DNA from: Acetobacteraceae bacterium
Lineage (GTDB): Bacteria > Pseudomonadota > Alphaproteobacteria > Acetobacterales > Acetobacteraceae
NCBI GenBank assembly: GCA_035569235.1
Contig: DATMND010000003.1
Coordinates: 3,238 to 67,237 of the forward strand
Direction of reading: 5' to 3'
Length of the DNA stretch: 64,000 bases
The position numbers and the translations under genes were made by a program. The number at the start of each line of letters is the position of its first letter. Position 1 is the first letter of the stretch. The notes under the pieces were generated by a model, which saw nothing but the letters and a program-made list of their open reading frames with translations, was not told the origin of the DNA and ran no database searches. Positions 19,801 to 29,053 of the stretch are shown here, piece after piece.

Positions 19801-20276
19801 TCGGCATCGCTCGCGTCTCGATCGATCTGCGATTCGTGGCCCAGCGTTGTTCCGAGCCACTGCGACCCCCTTCATGCCGCGCTCGACGACATTTGTGTCT
19901 ATTTCCAGCCGGTCGACATTCAAACTTTACGAACAGCCGTGTTGGCTGTTTGACCCAGGTCAATGTGCCTTCCCCGCAAGTCGGCATCATCGCATTCCGG
20001 GAACCGAGAGGAGCACCGATGAAGTCGCAGATCCTGGCCGCGATCGGGGAAACCGACCTACAGCCCGCGGGATCCAGCCACCATCGCCGCCGACACATCC
20101 GGCTCCATGCCTTCGGCCACGATCTTGTGCTTCTGCTCGGCTGTGCAACGACGGCGCTTGCCGCAGGTGCTCAACGCGGTGCCCAGGCGCCGAGTGATCG
20201 TACGATCAGTCGTACGAGCATTCCCCGCCTGCGAAGCGCGCTTTGCCATGCCGTCCTCTTCAATCACCGACGACAT
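19801..20276 (-). mobile_element. IS66-type insertion sequence debris (TnpC fragment and OrfA/HTH_Tnp_1-like remnant)
   Basis: RLEIDTNVVERGMKGVAVARNNA (19840-19923) matches the IS66 TnpC motif LEIDNN.AER..R. The 20058-20276 ORF carries KRRRCTAEQKHKIVAEGMEPDVS, like IS66/IS3 OrfA. The frames are broken and no intact transposase remains. Confidence 0.5.
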
Positions 20277-20668
20277 CCGGCACTAAGCCGCCCCCGCCGA
20301 GCAACGTGACGCTCCGAACTCGGTTACGTTGGAGGAGCCCTCGGTAATGTTCAATCCTTTTGGGGTGGGGACAAAGATGCCGTGTTTGAACTGCGGTTCG
20401 GCGAGTGTGACGGAACGGCCAGAGCGCACGCCCCAGGGCTACCGCGGGTCCCGACGCCACGATTGCAGTCGGTAGTTCAATGAGCGCACCGCAGGAGTAC
20501 TGAGCCGGGCCCAGTGCCCTGGCGATGGCATCGAGCCCGTGGCCTTCTGGCGTCTGCGCCAACGGCTGACCAGCCTCGCGTTCAATGACCAGTGCTGGTA
20601 GATTGCCACCAAAATGGCGAGCGGAGAGAAATTCAGCCATACCCAACTCCCATGTGGAAGAGAGCCCT

Positions 20669-21949
20669 ATGGCAAGCAATGACTATCATAAGGATCGAAT
20701 CGCCAATCGTCGGCTGCACCCGGAAACGCTGATGATGGGCTATGGCTACGCGCCAGGCCTCTCCGAAGGTTCGCTCAAGCCGCCGATTTTTCTCACATCG
20801 ACCTTCGTCTTCGAGAATGCACAGCAGGGCAAGGATTTCTTCGATCTGACGTCGGGCCGTCGCCAACTGCGTCCAGGCGAGAAGGCAGGCCTCGTCTATT
20901 CGCGTTTCAACAATCCGAATCTTGAAATCCTGGAAGATCGTCTGGCGATCTGGGACCAGGCGGAACAGTCCGCAGTTTTCGCCAGCGGCATGGCGGCGAT
21001 CTCCACCACACTTTTTACGTTCCTGCGCCCGGGCGACACGGTTTTGCATAGCCGCCCGCTCTACGGCGGCACGGAGACGTTGCTGACGAAACAGATGGGC
21101 TCGTTCCACATCACCGCCTTCGGCTTCACCGATGGCATCGATGTTGCTGGGATGCGCGTGGTCGCCGAGGCTGCGCGCGCAAAGGGTCGGGTAGGGCTGA
21201 TCCTCGTCGAGACTCCTGCCAATCCGACCAACGGCCTGGTTGACCTTGATGCCTGCGTCACGATTGCCGACGAACTGGAAAAGCGGCAGGGGTTTCGTCC
21301 GCCGGTCGTGGTGGATAACACGATGCTTGGCCCCGTTTTCCAGGTGCCGCTGAAGCGTGGCGCGGACCTCTCGCTGTGTTCGCTGACTAAGTATGTCGGC
21401 GGCCATAGCGATCTCGTTGGCGGCAGCATCAGCGGCAAGACTGACCTTGTGAAGCAGGTGATGAGTTGGCGGAGCTCGATCGGCACGCAGCTGGACCCAA
21501 ATTCCTGCTGGATGCTGATGCGCTCGCTCGAGACGCTCGAAATACGCATGACCCGCTCGAACGAGAACGCGGCTGTGGTAGCAGAATATCTGGCCAACCA
21601 CCCGAAGGTAGCCAAAGTGCACTATCTCGGCTTCCTGAAGGACGGCCGTGAGAAAGCGGTGTTCGAGCGGCAATGCACCGCGCCCGGCTCCACTTTCGCG
21701 TTCGATGTGAAGGGTGGCGAGAAGGAAGCCTTTGCGCTGCTCGACCACCTTCAGGTAATGAAACTTGCGGTGAGCCTGGGCGGTACTGAAACGCTGGTCT
21801 CGCATCCGGCCTCAATGACGCATTCGGGCGTCGCGCGTAAGTTACGCGAGGAGATTCGCCTGACCGATGCGCTGATTCGCATCTCGGTCGGAATCGAGAA
21901 CGTCGAAGATTTGGTATCCGACCTGGCTCAGGCGCTTGAATACGTCTGA
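20669..21949 (+). CDS. Cys/Met-metabolism PLP-dependent enzyme (cystathionine gamma-synthase / methionine gamma-lyase family)
   Basis: YSRFNNPN and the PLP-lysine motif SLTKYVGGHSDLVGG. The ATG at 20669 is preceded by GGAAGAGAG. Confidence 0.9.
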   Translation: MASNDYHKDRIANRRLHPETLMMGYGYAPGLSEGSLKPPIFLTSTFVFENAQQGKDFFDLTSGRRQLRPGEKAGLVYSRFNNPNLEILEDRLAIWDQAEQSAVFASGMAAISTTLFTFLRPGDTVLHSRPLYGGTETLLTKQMGSFHITAFGFTDGIDVAGMRVVAEAARAKGRVGLILVETPANPTNGLVDLDACVTIADELEKRQGFRPPVVVDNTMLGPVFQVPLKRGADLSLCSLTKYVGGHSDLVGGSISGKTDLVKQVMSWRSSIGTQLDPNSCWMLMRSLETLEIRMTRSNENAAVVAEYLANHPKVAKVHYLGFLKDGREKAVFERQCTAPGSTFAFDVKGGEKEAFALLDHLQVMKLAVSLGGTETLVSHPASMTHSGVARKLREEIRLTDALIRISVGIENVEDLVSDLAQALEYV

Positions 21950-22006
21950 GTTTGTTTTGCTTTTCCACAGCAGCTACCATTCGACCGCAGTTGATCGCCC
22001 GCATGA

Positions 22007-22645
22007 TCATCGCCGCGCCTCCACCCGCGCGATGCGATAGACGCAACGCCGTGCGCCGGAGAGCAGATGCTCCTCGCGCCTGACAGATACATCGGCGCCG
22101 AGCGCTGCCTCGAACACTTCCAACTCGGAGCGGCAGAATCCCTGACAGGCCTGGGCCGCGGCGCAGATTGGGCAATGATCCTCGATCAGCAGAAAGCTGC
22201 CATCGCGTTGTCGCTTGGCCTGCGCCATGTAGCCCTCGATGGTCCGCAGCCGGGCCAATGCGCGGACCCGGTCACCGAGATCGGCGAGCGGCTCCAGCAC
22301 TTTGCGGTAGCTTGCCACCATCGTTTCCTGCCGCGCATGGATGAGGCGATCCAGCCCGGTCGTGCCGAAGACCAGGCGGATGCCCTCGATCAGGCTGACC
22401 GTAAGGTCGCCATGGGTGTCGGGAAACCGCGCATGACCCTTCGCCGTCAACCGCCAAATCCGTTTCGGACGGCCGACTGCGCCTGACCTGTCTTCGTAGG
22501 CCACGAGACCGTCCTGGTGCAGCTTCGCGAGATGTTGTCGCGTGCCAACTTCGGTGATGCCGAGGCCGCGCGCCAGGTCATAAGTGCCTGACGGGCCTCG
22601 TGACTTGAGCGAATAGAGAACTCTGACGCTGCTGTCCGTGCCCAT
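22007..22645 (-). CDS. Winged-helix transcriptional regulator (ArsR-like) with a Cys-rich C-terminal domain
   Basis: N-terminal wHTH (TYDLARGLGITEVGTRQHLAKLHQDGLV) and C-terminal HCPICAAAQACQGFC. It is divergent from the MFS gene. Confidence 0.7.
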   Translation of the reverse strand: MGTDSSVRVLYSLKSRGPSGTYDLARGLGITEVGTRQHLAKLHQDGLVAYEDRSGAVGRPKRIWRLTAKGHARFPDTHGDLTVSLIEGIRLVFGTTGLDRLIHARQETMVASYRKVLEPLADLGDRVRALARLRTIEGYMAQAKRQRDGSFLLIEDHCPICAAAQACQGFCRSELEVFEAALGADVSVRREEHLLSGARRCVYRIARVEARR

Positions 22646-22738
22646 GCGCTGATTGCCAGTCCAGTGGAATAAGAAAACCTATTGCTTTCCCAATGTGCAT
22701 ATCATAAAATAGCAAAAAACTTGTGAAAAGGGGCGCCC

Positions 22739-24157
22739 ATGCGGGAGGACACGGCTGAGCCGGGTTGGCTGGCGCTGCTCAGGCCCGAATGGGTGCTGGC
22801 TCTTGTTGTGCTATTGGGCGGCGTGCTGTTGCACTCGATGAATGTGCTGATCACGGCCACCCTGTTGCCTAGCATCGTCATCGACGTCGGCGGGGCCGAC
22901 CTCATGAGCTGGCCGACGACCGCGTTCCTTGCGGCTTCCATTGTCGCGGCAACTGGTACCGGCATGCTCACCGCCGCGGTCGGGGCCACACGTGCGTTCT
23001 GCGCCGGGGCAGGCATCTACTGCGCCGGCGCCATCTTGTGCGGGTTGGCGCCGTCTATGTCCCAAGTGATCGCCGGTCGCTTCGTACAGGGTCTTGGAGG
23101 CGGATTTCTGTCAGCCCTGGCCTATGTCCTGGTGCGCAATCTGTTTCCCGAGGTGCTTTGGCCGCGCGTGTTCGGGCTTCTCGCGGGCATTTGGTCCGTT
23201 TCGATACTGTGCGGCCCCCTTATCGGCGGCCTGTTTGCAGCCTACGGCTATTGGCGTGGCGCATTCTTTGCAGTCGCGGCGCTCGGCGGTCTGCTCAGCA
23301 TCCTCACGCTTCACATTTTGCCGCACGATGCTGTTGGCGGAGACGCAATGACGCCGCAAGCGCCTGTCTTGCGAGCGGCTCTGATATGTACCGGCATCGC
23401 GGTGTTGTCGTCAGCGAGTGTTGTAAGCGGACCCGCCACCAAAAGTGCGCTGATCGTGGTCGCGATCGGGGCAGTTATACTCATGCTGCGGATCGATCGC
23501 GCTGCGCCGGTTGCGCTCTTGCCGAGCGACGCCTTTTCCATGCACACGGCAACCGGTATGGGGCTATGGATGGTCCTGCTGCTATCGATCGCCTACAGTC
23601 CGCTTGCGATATTCGGGCCGCTGTTCCTGCAAAGATTGCATTCGCTTGATCCGCTGGCTGCCGGATACATGGTTGCCGGAGCATCGTTGGCATGGACGAT
23701 CGCCGCAATTGCCGTTGCGTCGCTTTCAGACGGTTGGCCGCGACGGATGATCGTCGCGGGACCTCTGGCAATGGGTCTGGGACTGCTAGGGATTGGCGTC
23801 ATGATGGCGCCAGGACCGGTAGTCGCGCTGCTCCCGCCGATCGCACTGATTGGCATCGGCATCGGCGTCTGTTGGGCCTTCGTCGCACAACACGTCATGA
23901 GCGGAGCGAAGAACGGTGAAGAGAACATTGCCGCCTCGTCCGTTGCCACCGTTCAACAGGCTGGCCTGGCGTTCGGTGCAGCTTCTGCCGGTCTTGTCGC
24001 GAACGCTGGCGGACTGTCAGACAGCCTGGCCGACGCCTCCATTCTCCGGGCGGCCTTTTGGGTGCCGACGAGTTTCGTAGCTGCGCCGCTCGCCGCCTGC
24101 GCCATGGGTATCCGGTTGAATGCATTGGCGCGGCGGTCAGAACGGCCTGTCGAATGA
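22739..24157 (+). CDS. MFS transporter
   Basis: 472 aa with about 14 hydrophobic helices and an MFS-like loop motif (AGRFVQGLGGG). Confidence 0.85.
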   Translation: MREDTAEPGWLALLRPEWVLALVVLLGGVLLHSMNVLITATLLPSIVIDVGGADLMSWPTTAFLAASIVAATGTGMLTAAVGATRAFCAGAGIYCAGAILCGLAPSMSQVIAGRFVQGLGGGFLSALAYVLVRNLFPEVLWPRVFGLLAGIWSVSILCGPLIGGLFAAYGYWRGAFFAVAALGGLLSILTLHILPHDAVGGDAMTPQAPVLRAALICTGIAVLSSASVVSGPATKSALIVVAIGAVILMLRIDRAAPVALLPSDAFSMHTATGMGLWMVLLLSIAYSPLAIFGPLFLQRLHSLDPLAAGYMVAGASLAWTIAAIAVASLSDGWPRRMIVAGPLAMGLGLLGIGVMMAPGPVVALLPPIALIGIGIGVCWAFVAQHVMSGAKNGEENIAASSVATVQQAGLAFGAASAGLVANAGGLSDSLADASILRAAFWVPTSFVAAPLAACAMGIRLNALARRSERPVE

Positions 24158-24200
24158 GAGCCGTTGCGGCAGCGGAAGCGCTTGCGCTCGCCGGCTATGG

Positions 24201-24518
24201 TCATTTTAACTGAATGACGTTCGATGTTTCAGTCTTGGCAGTGTCACGCGAGGCGGCTATGCGCAGCAGTCCTGGTGAGACATTCCACTGGCGGCCGTCA
24301 TCAGCGATGACTGTCACAGTCTTCCTGTTGTATCGTGTGAGCACACCTTCGACCAAGTCGCGTTCTCCAGCTTGAAAACAGACCCTGTCGCCAATCCCGA
24401 ACTCAAGCATCCGGGCATGTGCGCGCACCTGTCCAAGGAAGCGAAGACGTTCGACAATCCTATGGTTCAAGTTGATGAGTTCAGCTTCGCTCAACCTGTC
24501 AATATCGATCTGTGTCAT
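24201..24518 (-). CDS. Small hypothetical protein (last gene of a 3-gene operon)
   Basis: 105 aa. It overlaps the upstream gene by 20 nt. I recognise no family. Confidence 0.5.
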   Translation of the reverse strand: MTQIDIDRLSEAELINLNHRIVERLRFLGQVRAHARMLEFGIGDRVCFQAGERDLVEGVLTRYNRKTVTVIADDGRQWNVSPGLLRIAASRDTAKTETSNVIQLK

Positions 24519-25023
24519 TTTGCCACCGTCGCGCGCAAGAAATTGGGATTGCTGATGAGCCTACGAGTGCTCGTCCCATCGGCTGATCGTCGATGAAAAC
24601 TGGCTTCGCCTGCATGTCCGCCTCGATGCGTGCCGCACGGAGCGACTGGAATAGCGCACCGGCAGGCACTCGCAGGTAGCGAGTGAGCAGTTGGGCATAC
24701 AGTCCCATGAATGTTGGCCCATGGCCATCAGAATGGCCGTCATGCGTGCTGGTCATCGCGTGAGCGATCTCATGCAGCAGGCACCACGACGGAGTCGATG
24801 CGGCCAGGCGGATCGAGAGCCGCGAGGCGTCGCCCACAGTCGAGCGAGCCTGGACAGGAAGAGGCTCGACCTTCGGTGAAAACCGCAGACCCATTTCAGC
24901 CCAAATCGCGTCGACCATGCCCGGTGCTCTGGCGAACTCGATCGCGCTCGAATCCCGCGGTGCGATGAACCGGTCCTCCCATGCGTAGACCTTGCTGCGC
25001 TGACGATCCCGATCGACCATCAC
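24499..25023 (-). CDS. HExxH metallopeptidase-like protein (SprT-like)
   Basis: 174 aa with LLHEIAHAM followed by a His-rich segment (HDGHSDGHGPTF). Its start (GTG 25023 or ATG 25020) overlaps the stop of the upstream gene. Confidence 0.6.
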   Translation of the reverse strand: MMVDRDRQRSKVYAWEDRFIAPRDSSAIEFARAPGMVDAIWAEMGLRFSPKVEPLPVQARSTVGDASRLSIRLAASTPSWCLLHEIAHAMTSTHDGHSDGHGPTFMGLYAQLLTRYLRVPAGALFQSLRAARIEADMQAKPVFIDDQPMGRALVGSSAIPISCARRWQNDTDRY

Positions 25024-25781
25024 GACAGCAATGTTCGACCGGTATCGCCGATCGGCCGGCTCAGGTTGACGCGGTCGCCGGCAGCCAGTCCATGGCGGAA
25101 GGCACCGTTTCGCCGCACAAGGTGCAGTCTCCCAGCTGAAACGAGCCGTACCTCGGTGTGTCGGAATGCATCCTCGACGACCTGGTGCTTCACCACGATG
25201 AGCGCGGTACCGGTCGAACGCTGTGCCGCTACACTGGCGTCGCGCTCCCGATGCATCTCAGTGAGCCGATCCGCGACGCGTGCAGCCATGCCTTGCTGGA
25301 AGCTTTTCGATGCACTGCGAAGACTGACACCCGTCAGCCGAGGATGGGCAGCACGAAACGTCGCCACTTCGGTCCGCATGGCTCGGTCGATGACTTTGAA
25401 CAGATAGCTGGCCAGCGTCGTGTCGGCCTCGAAGCCGAAGAACACGTAGCTGGGTGTCACGGCATCCCGCGAGACCCAGACTTTGCAATCACAGAATCGG
25501 GCGATCGCCGTGACACAGCCATCGATCGGACGTCGCTGCTTGCCGCCGATCGGCACCTCGATCTGGACGCAGGGTTCCTCGCGAACATCGATCTCGTCCA
25601 TGGAGAGCGCGTACCGTTCGAGCAGACGGCCGACCATCTCGGCCGCCGCCATGGCCTCCGCCTCGGTGCACCCGTTGGACACGGTCTTATCGACGAGTGC
25701 CTTGATCCGAGACTTCACCCGGGTGAGTTCAGTTGTCTGCCTCAAGGTGCTGCGGGTCCCCCGTTGAGCGCCAACTTCCAT
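25020..25781 (-). CDS. DUF2786-like protein
   Basis: 253 aa. The N-terminal IKALVDKTVSNGCTEAEAMAAAEMVGRLLERYALSMDEID is the pattern I associate with DUF2786. Confidence 0.55.
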   Translation of the reverse strand: MEVGAQRGTRSTLRQTTELTRVKSRIKALVDKTVSNGCTEAEAMAAAEMVGRLLERYALSMDEIDVREEPCVQIEVPIGGKQRRPIDGCVTAIARFCDCKVWVSRDAVTPSYVFFGFEADTTLASYLFKVIDRAMRTEVATFRAAHPRLTGVSLRSASKSFQQGMAARVADRLTEMHRERDASVAAQRSTGTALIVVKHQVVEDAFRHTEVRLVSAGRLHLVRRNGAFRHGLAAGDRVNLSRPIGDTGRTLLS

Positions 25782-25885
25782 TGGTCTGTCGGGTACCAGA
25801 GCACAGTCGGGCCGATTCTGGGAACGGGTGGAAGAGCATAAAATATCACCCGAAAGCAGTGTGTCGCAGGGAGCTGCGCGGTGAT

Positions 25886-25914
25886 TGACACGTCATGGCA
25901 CCGCGCCATATTTT
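25886..25914 (+). promoter_or_regulatory. Candidate sigma70-type promoter of the Crp/Fnr-family gene
   Basis: Perfect TTGACA (25886-25891), a 17-nt spacer, then ATATTT. Confidence 0.35.
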
Positions 25915-25951
25915 CCCGCACCCATCGCGGGCTCGCCAGTGGAGGCTCCCA

Positions 25952-26692
25952 ATGTCAACGCTGGTCTTCGGCCAGCTGACCGTCAGTTCCGACCAGCGCG
26001 ATTTCGATGATAGCATCAGTCGTCAGGCCGCCGTTTCGACCGCTCTGATGTCAGTATTCCGCGGGAATTTCTGCGATGCCATCCTGCCAAACCGCAGAAT
26101 ATCGATTTTCGGCAAGCACGACGTAATCTATGATGCTGGCGACGACGAGCGGACATTCTTCTTTCTTCGCAGCGGCTTTGTGAAACTGGGTTCGATCACA
26201 TCCAGTGGCCGCGAGGTGATCTACGATGTTCGCAAAGGCGGCGACGTCGTTGGCGAGCTGTGTGTCGCCGAACCCAGGCGTCCCGATCGCGCCGTTGCTC
26301 TGGAACAGACGGAAGCCATTGCTGTCCCATTTGACGATGTCATCGCTATCCTGATGGCAAAGCCGGATCTGGTGGCCCTTCTGATGAGCGTCTTCTGTAG
26401 TGCCCTCCGGGAAGCCTATGAACAAGTGAATATCCTGGCGGTGGACGACACTGTGCATCGCCTGATCAAGGTCTTGATCCGTCTGGCGCGCAAGATGGGC
26501 CGGCAATCAGGTCCGCTGATCGAGATCCCCACATATATTACCCAGGAAGAAATCGCGCAGATGGTCGCAGCACGCCGAGAAAGGGTTTCGACCGCGCTCA
26601 ACGCGCTCCGTCGGCAAGGGGTCGTCTCCTACACGATGCGCGGGCATCTTGCGCTGAATATTGGGGACCTTGAGCGTATGGCCCTGAGTTGA
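25952..26692 (+). CDS. Crp/Fnr-family transcriptional regulator
   Basis: A cNMP-binding-like domain plus a C-terminal HTH (TQEEIAQMVAARRERVSTALNALRRQGVV). The ATG at 25952 is preceded by GGAGG. Confidence 0.85.
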   Translation: MSTLVFGQLTVSSDQRDFDDSISRQAAVSTALMSVFRGNFCDAILPNRRISIFGKHDVIYDAGDDERTFFFLRSGFVKLGSITSSGREVIYDVRKGGDVVGELCVAEPRRPDRAVALEQTEAIAVPFDDVIAILMAKPDLVALLMSVFCSALREAYEQVNILAVDDTVHRLIKVLIRLARKMGRQSGPLIEIPTYITQEEIAQMVAARRERVSTALNALRRQGVVSYTMRGHLALNIGDLERMALS

Positions 26693-26747
26693 GGCGCACC
26701 TTGGCCCAAATCCCCCGGCCCTTCGATCCCAAATAAAATCGCGGAGT

Positions 26748-26761
26748 GTTACAAAGGTAAC
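26748..26761. promoter_or_regulatory. GTTAC-N4-GTAAC palindrome (candidate Crp/Fnr-type operator)
   Basis: gttacaaaggtaac has 5-4-5 geometry, like FNR/FixK boxes but with different half-sites. It lies between the regulator gene and the di-haem cytochrome gene. Confidence 0.3.
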
Positions 26762-26859
26762 TGACAGTCCGCGACGGACATGCGCCGATCCTCGCCAAAG
26801 TGCCTGAACCCGCCTCGCTCAATGTGGGTGCGAGAGGGCAGGCGCGATCGGAGGAGCGC

Positions 26860-28179
26860 ATGAAACAAAAAACTCTGATAGTTGCATCCCTCGGCGGAGC
26901 GACCCTGTTTGGAGGCTTCATCGCATTTGCCGCTCCTCCAGCGCAAAAGGGATTCGATGAGGAGATCGTTCGTCACGCGCAGACGATGCTCGAAGAAGGC
27001 AAAAAGACATTCCGCTACGACACATTCGGAAGTGAGGCCTTCTGGGGTGACGCGCTCCAACTGCACAAAGCCATTGCCGGGGAACAGAATGGCGGCATCG
27101 GACCTGGTGTGTCGCCGAAGACGGCGCTCGCCGTCGGCCTCAAGGTGGACTCGGACGCGCTGCCGCCGGCGCTGGTGAGACAGATCAAGGCGGGCAAGGT
27201 TGACCTGGATGATCCAAAGACGACGATTGCGCTACTCAAGCTGAACGCCGTTGTTGGCGTGACCGCGTTTGCCAACCGGGATGGCAGTGTCCGGTCGATG
27301 GGGATTCAATGTTCCTTCTGTCACTCGACCGTTGACAACTCGTTTGCACCTGGCATCGGCCATCGGCTGGACGGCTGGGCAAACCGCGATCTGAACGTCG
27401 GTGCGATCGTAGCGCTCGCTCCCAATCTCAAACCCTTCACTGATCTTCTGGGCGTCGATGTTGCAACGGTAAAGAAGGTGCTGGCGAGCTGGGGGCCCGG
27501 ACGCTTCGACGCGGAACTGGACAAGGACGGCAAGGCGCTCCGGCCTGACGGGAAACAGGCCGGCACCCTCATCCCGCCCGCCTTCGGCCTGGCCGGCGTC
27601 AATCTGCATACATGGACCGGGTTCGGATCCGTCCCGTACTGGAACGCTTATGTCGGCGCCACGGAAATGCACGGCGCCGGCACCTTCATCGACGCGCGTT
27701 TCAATGACAAGGCCCAGTATCCGGTCGCGGCAAGGACCGGTGCCGGCAACACGCGATCGACGCCGGACAAATTGACGCCGAAGCTAGCCGCGCTGCACTT
27801 CTATCAGCTCTCGATCCCGGCGCCGAAGCCACCCGCCGGATCCTACGATCACGTGGCGTTTGAACGTGGCAAGGCGGTCTTCAACGGCGCCGGCAGGTGC
27901 GCGACCTGCCACATTCCGCCGCTCTATACGGAGCCTGGCTATAATCTCCACTCTCCTGACGAAATCGGCGTCGATTCGTTCCAGGCCGACCGATCGCCGA
28001 CGCACATGTATCGCACTGCGCCTCTCGCTGGGCTTTGGACGCATCAGAAGGGCGGCTTCTATCACGATGGCAGGTACGCAACCCTGATCGACGTGGTGGA
28101 CCACTACAACACGCAGCTCAACCTGAACCTCAGCGAGCAGGACAAGAAGGACCTGATCGAGTACCTGAAGGGGATATGA
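26860..28179 (+). CDS. Putative periplasmic di-haem c-type cytochrome (peroxidase/oxidoreductase-like)
   Basis: Signal-peptide-like N-terminus (MKQKTLIVASLGGATLFGGFIAFA) and two CxxCH motifs (CSFCH, CATCH). The ATG at 26860 is preceded by GGAGGAG. Confidence 0.65.
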   Translation: MKQKTLIVASLGGATLFGGFIAFAAPPAQKGFDEEIVRHAQTMLEEGKKTFRYDTFGSEAFWGDALQLHKAIAGEQNGGIGPGVSPKTALAVGLKVDSDALPPALVRQIKAGKVDLDDPKTTIALLKLNAVVGVTAFANRDGSVRSMGIQCSFCHSTVDNSFAPGIGHRLDGWANRDLNVGAIVALAPNLKPFTDLLGVDVATVKKVLASWGPGRFDAELDKDGKALRPDGKQAGTLIPPAFGLAGVNLHTWTGFGSVPYWNAYVGATEMHGAGTFIDARFNDKAQYPVAARTGAGNTRSTPDKLTPKLAALHFYQLSIPAPKPPAGSYDHVAFERGKAVFNGAGRCATCHIPPLYTEPGYNLHSPDEIGVDSFQADRSPTHMYRTAPLAGLWTHQKGGFYHDGRYATLIDVVDHYNTQLNLNLSEQDKKDLIEYLKGI

Positions 28180-28264
28180 ACCCAGCGTTCGCGCAGCCTC
28201 GTTCAGAACAGATCGGGGCTCGCCGCGCCCACTTCAATGCGCCTGGCAGCGCCGGCATCGTTGG

Positions 28265-29053
28265 CTACCCCGGCTCACCCGCCTGCTCGCTGATCTGCTC
28301 AGCCACGCCGTCAACTGCCTCGTCCGATTTCGCGGCCACGACAGCGTAGCCAATCCCCTTGCTGATCCAGGCACAGAGGTTGAACGTGCCCTGGTTCATG
28401 TCGCTGCGTCCGGCACTCAACTCTTGCGCCATCGGTCGCATCAACACACTCAGCCGGCTGCCCTGCTCGTCGTCGTACATGAACAGCGCGGCGGCGGCGC
28501 CACGTTCGGTGGCCAACAGGCGGCCGCCAAGCAGCGTGTAGCCGGCGCGCCTGAGATCGGGCGGCGCCACGGTGCGGCCGAGCCGGTTGGACAGCCAGTG
28601 CGCCAGGTGCTGCTGCTCGGCAGCGGTCACCTCAACCGGATGGCGACGATCGGCGGCATAGACCGCATGGCTGCTCATTGCCTCAAGCTGCAACGCGGAC
28701 ACCGCAAGCTGGGTCCGGTCTGGCGTCGCTGACCGATCCAGATACCAGCCGGCTGCGCCGCCGACACAGAGCGCAAGGGCGAAAGCCGCGGCGAGCCCCC
28801 ACTTGCCGCGGCGCGGCCTCAGCCGGGCCTCGATCAGCCGCGTGAGGTTCAGTTCCGGCGGAATCGGTTCGTTGGCTTGCGAGGCAAACGCCGAGCGCAA
28901 GGCGGCCCGCTGGGCGCGATAGGCTGCCACGCGCTGCGCGAGTTCCGGCTGCGCCTGGAGATGGTGCTCAACATCCCGCTGACGTGCCGCCCACAGTCGC
29001 CCATCGACATAGGCCTGCAACTCCTGTTCCGAAATCGGTCGTTCCGCCGTCAT
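28265..29053 (-). CDS. Anti-sigma factor (single TM, RskA/ChrR-type N-terminal anti-sigma domain)
   Basis: N-terminal ISEQELQAYVDGRL...HHLQAQPELAQRVAAYRAQRAALR, then a TM segment (WGLAAAFALALCVGGAAGWY). The ATG at 29053 is preceded by GGAGG; the track ORF starts at TTG 29080. Confidence 0.75.
   Translation of the reverse strand: MTAERPISEQELQAYVDGRLWAARQRDVEHHLQAQPELAQRVAAYRAQRAALRSAFASQANEPIPPELNLTRLIEARLRPRRGKWGLAAAFALALCVGGAAGWYLDRSATPDRTQLAVSALQLEAMSSHAVYAADRRHPVEVTAAEQQHLAHWLSNRLGRTVAPPDLRRAGYTLLGGRLLATERGAAAALFMYDDEQGSRLSVLMRPMAQELSAGRSDMNQGTFNLCAWISKGIGYAVVAAKSDEAVDGVAEQISEQAGEPG

Noticed and set aside
20260-20679. 139-aa ORF divergent from the PLP-enzyme gene
   Set aside because: Third-position GC is clearly lower than in neighbouring genes. 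The distal third runs into IS debris. Only 28 bp would separate the divergent start codons. It is probably a truncated relic or spurious, so it is mentioned under the IS-junction finding only.
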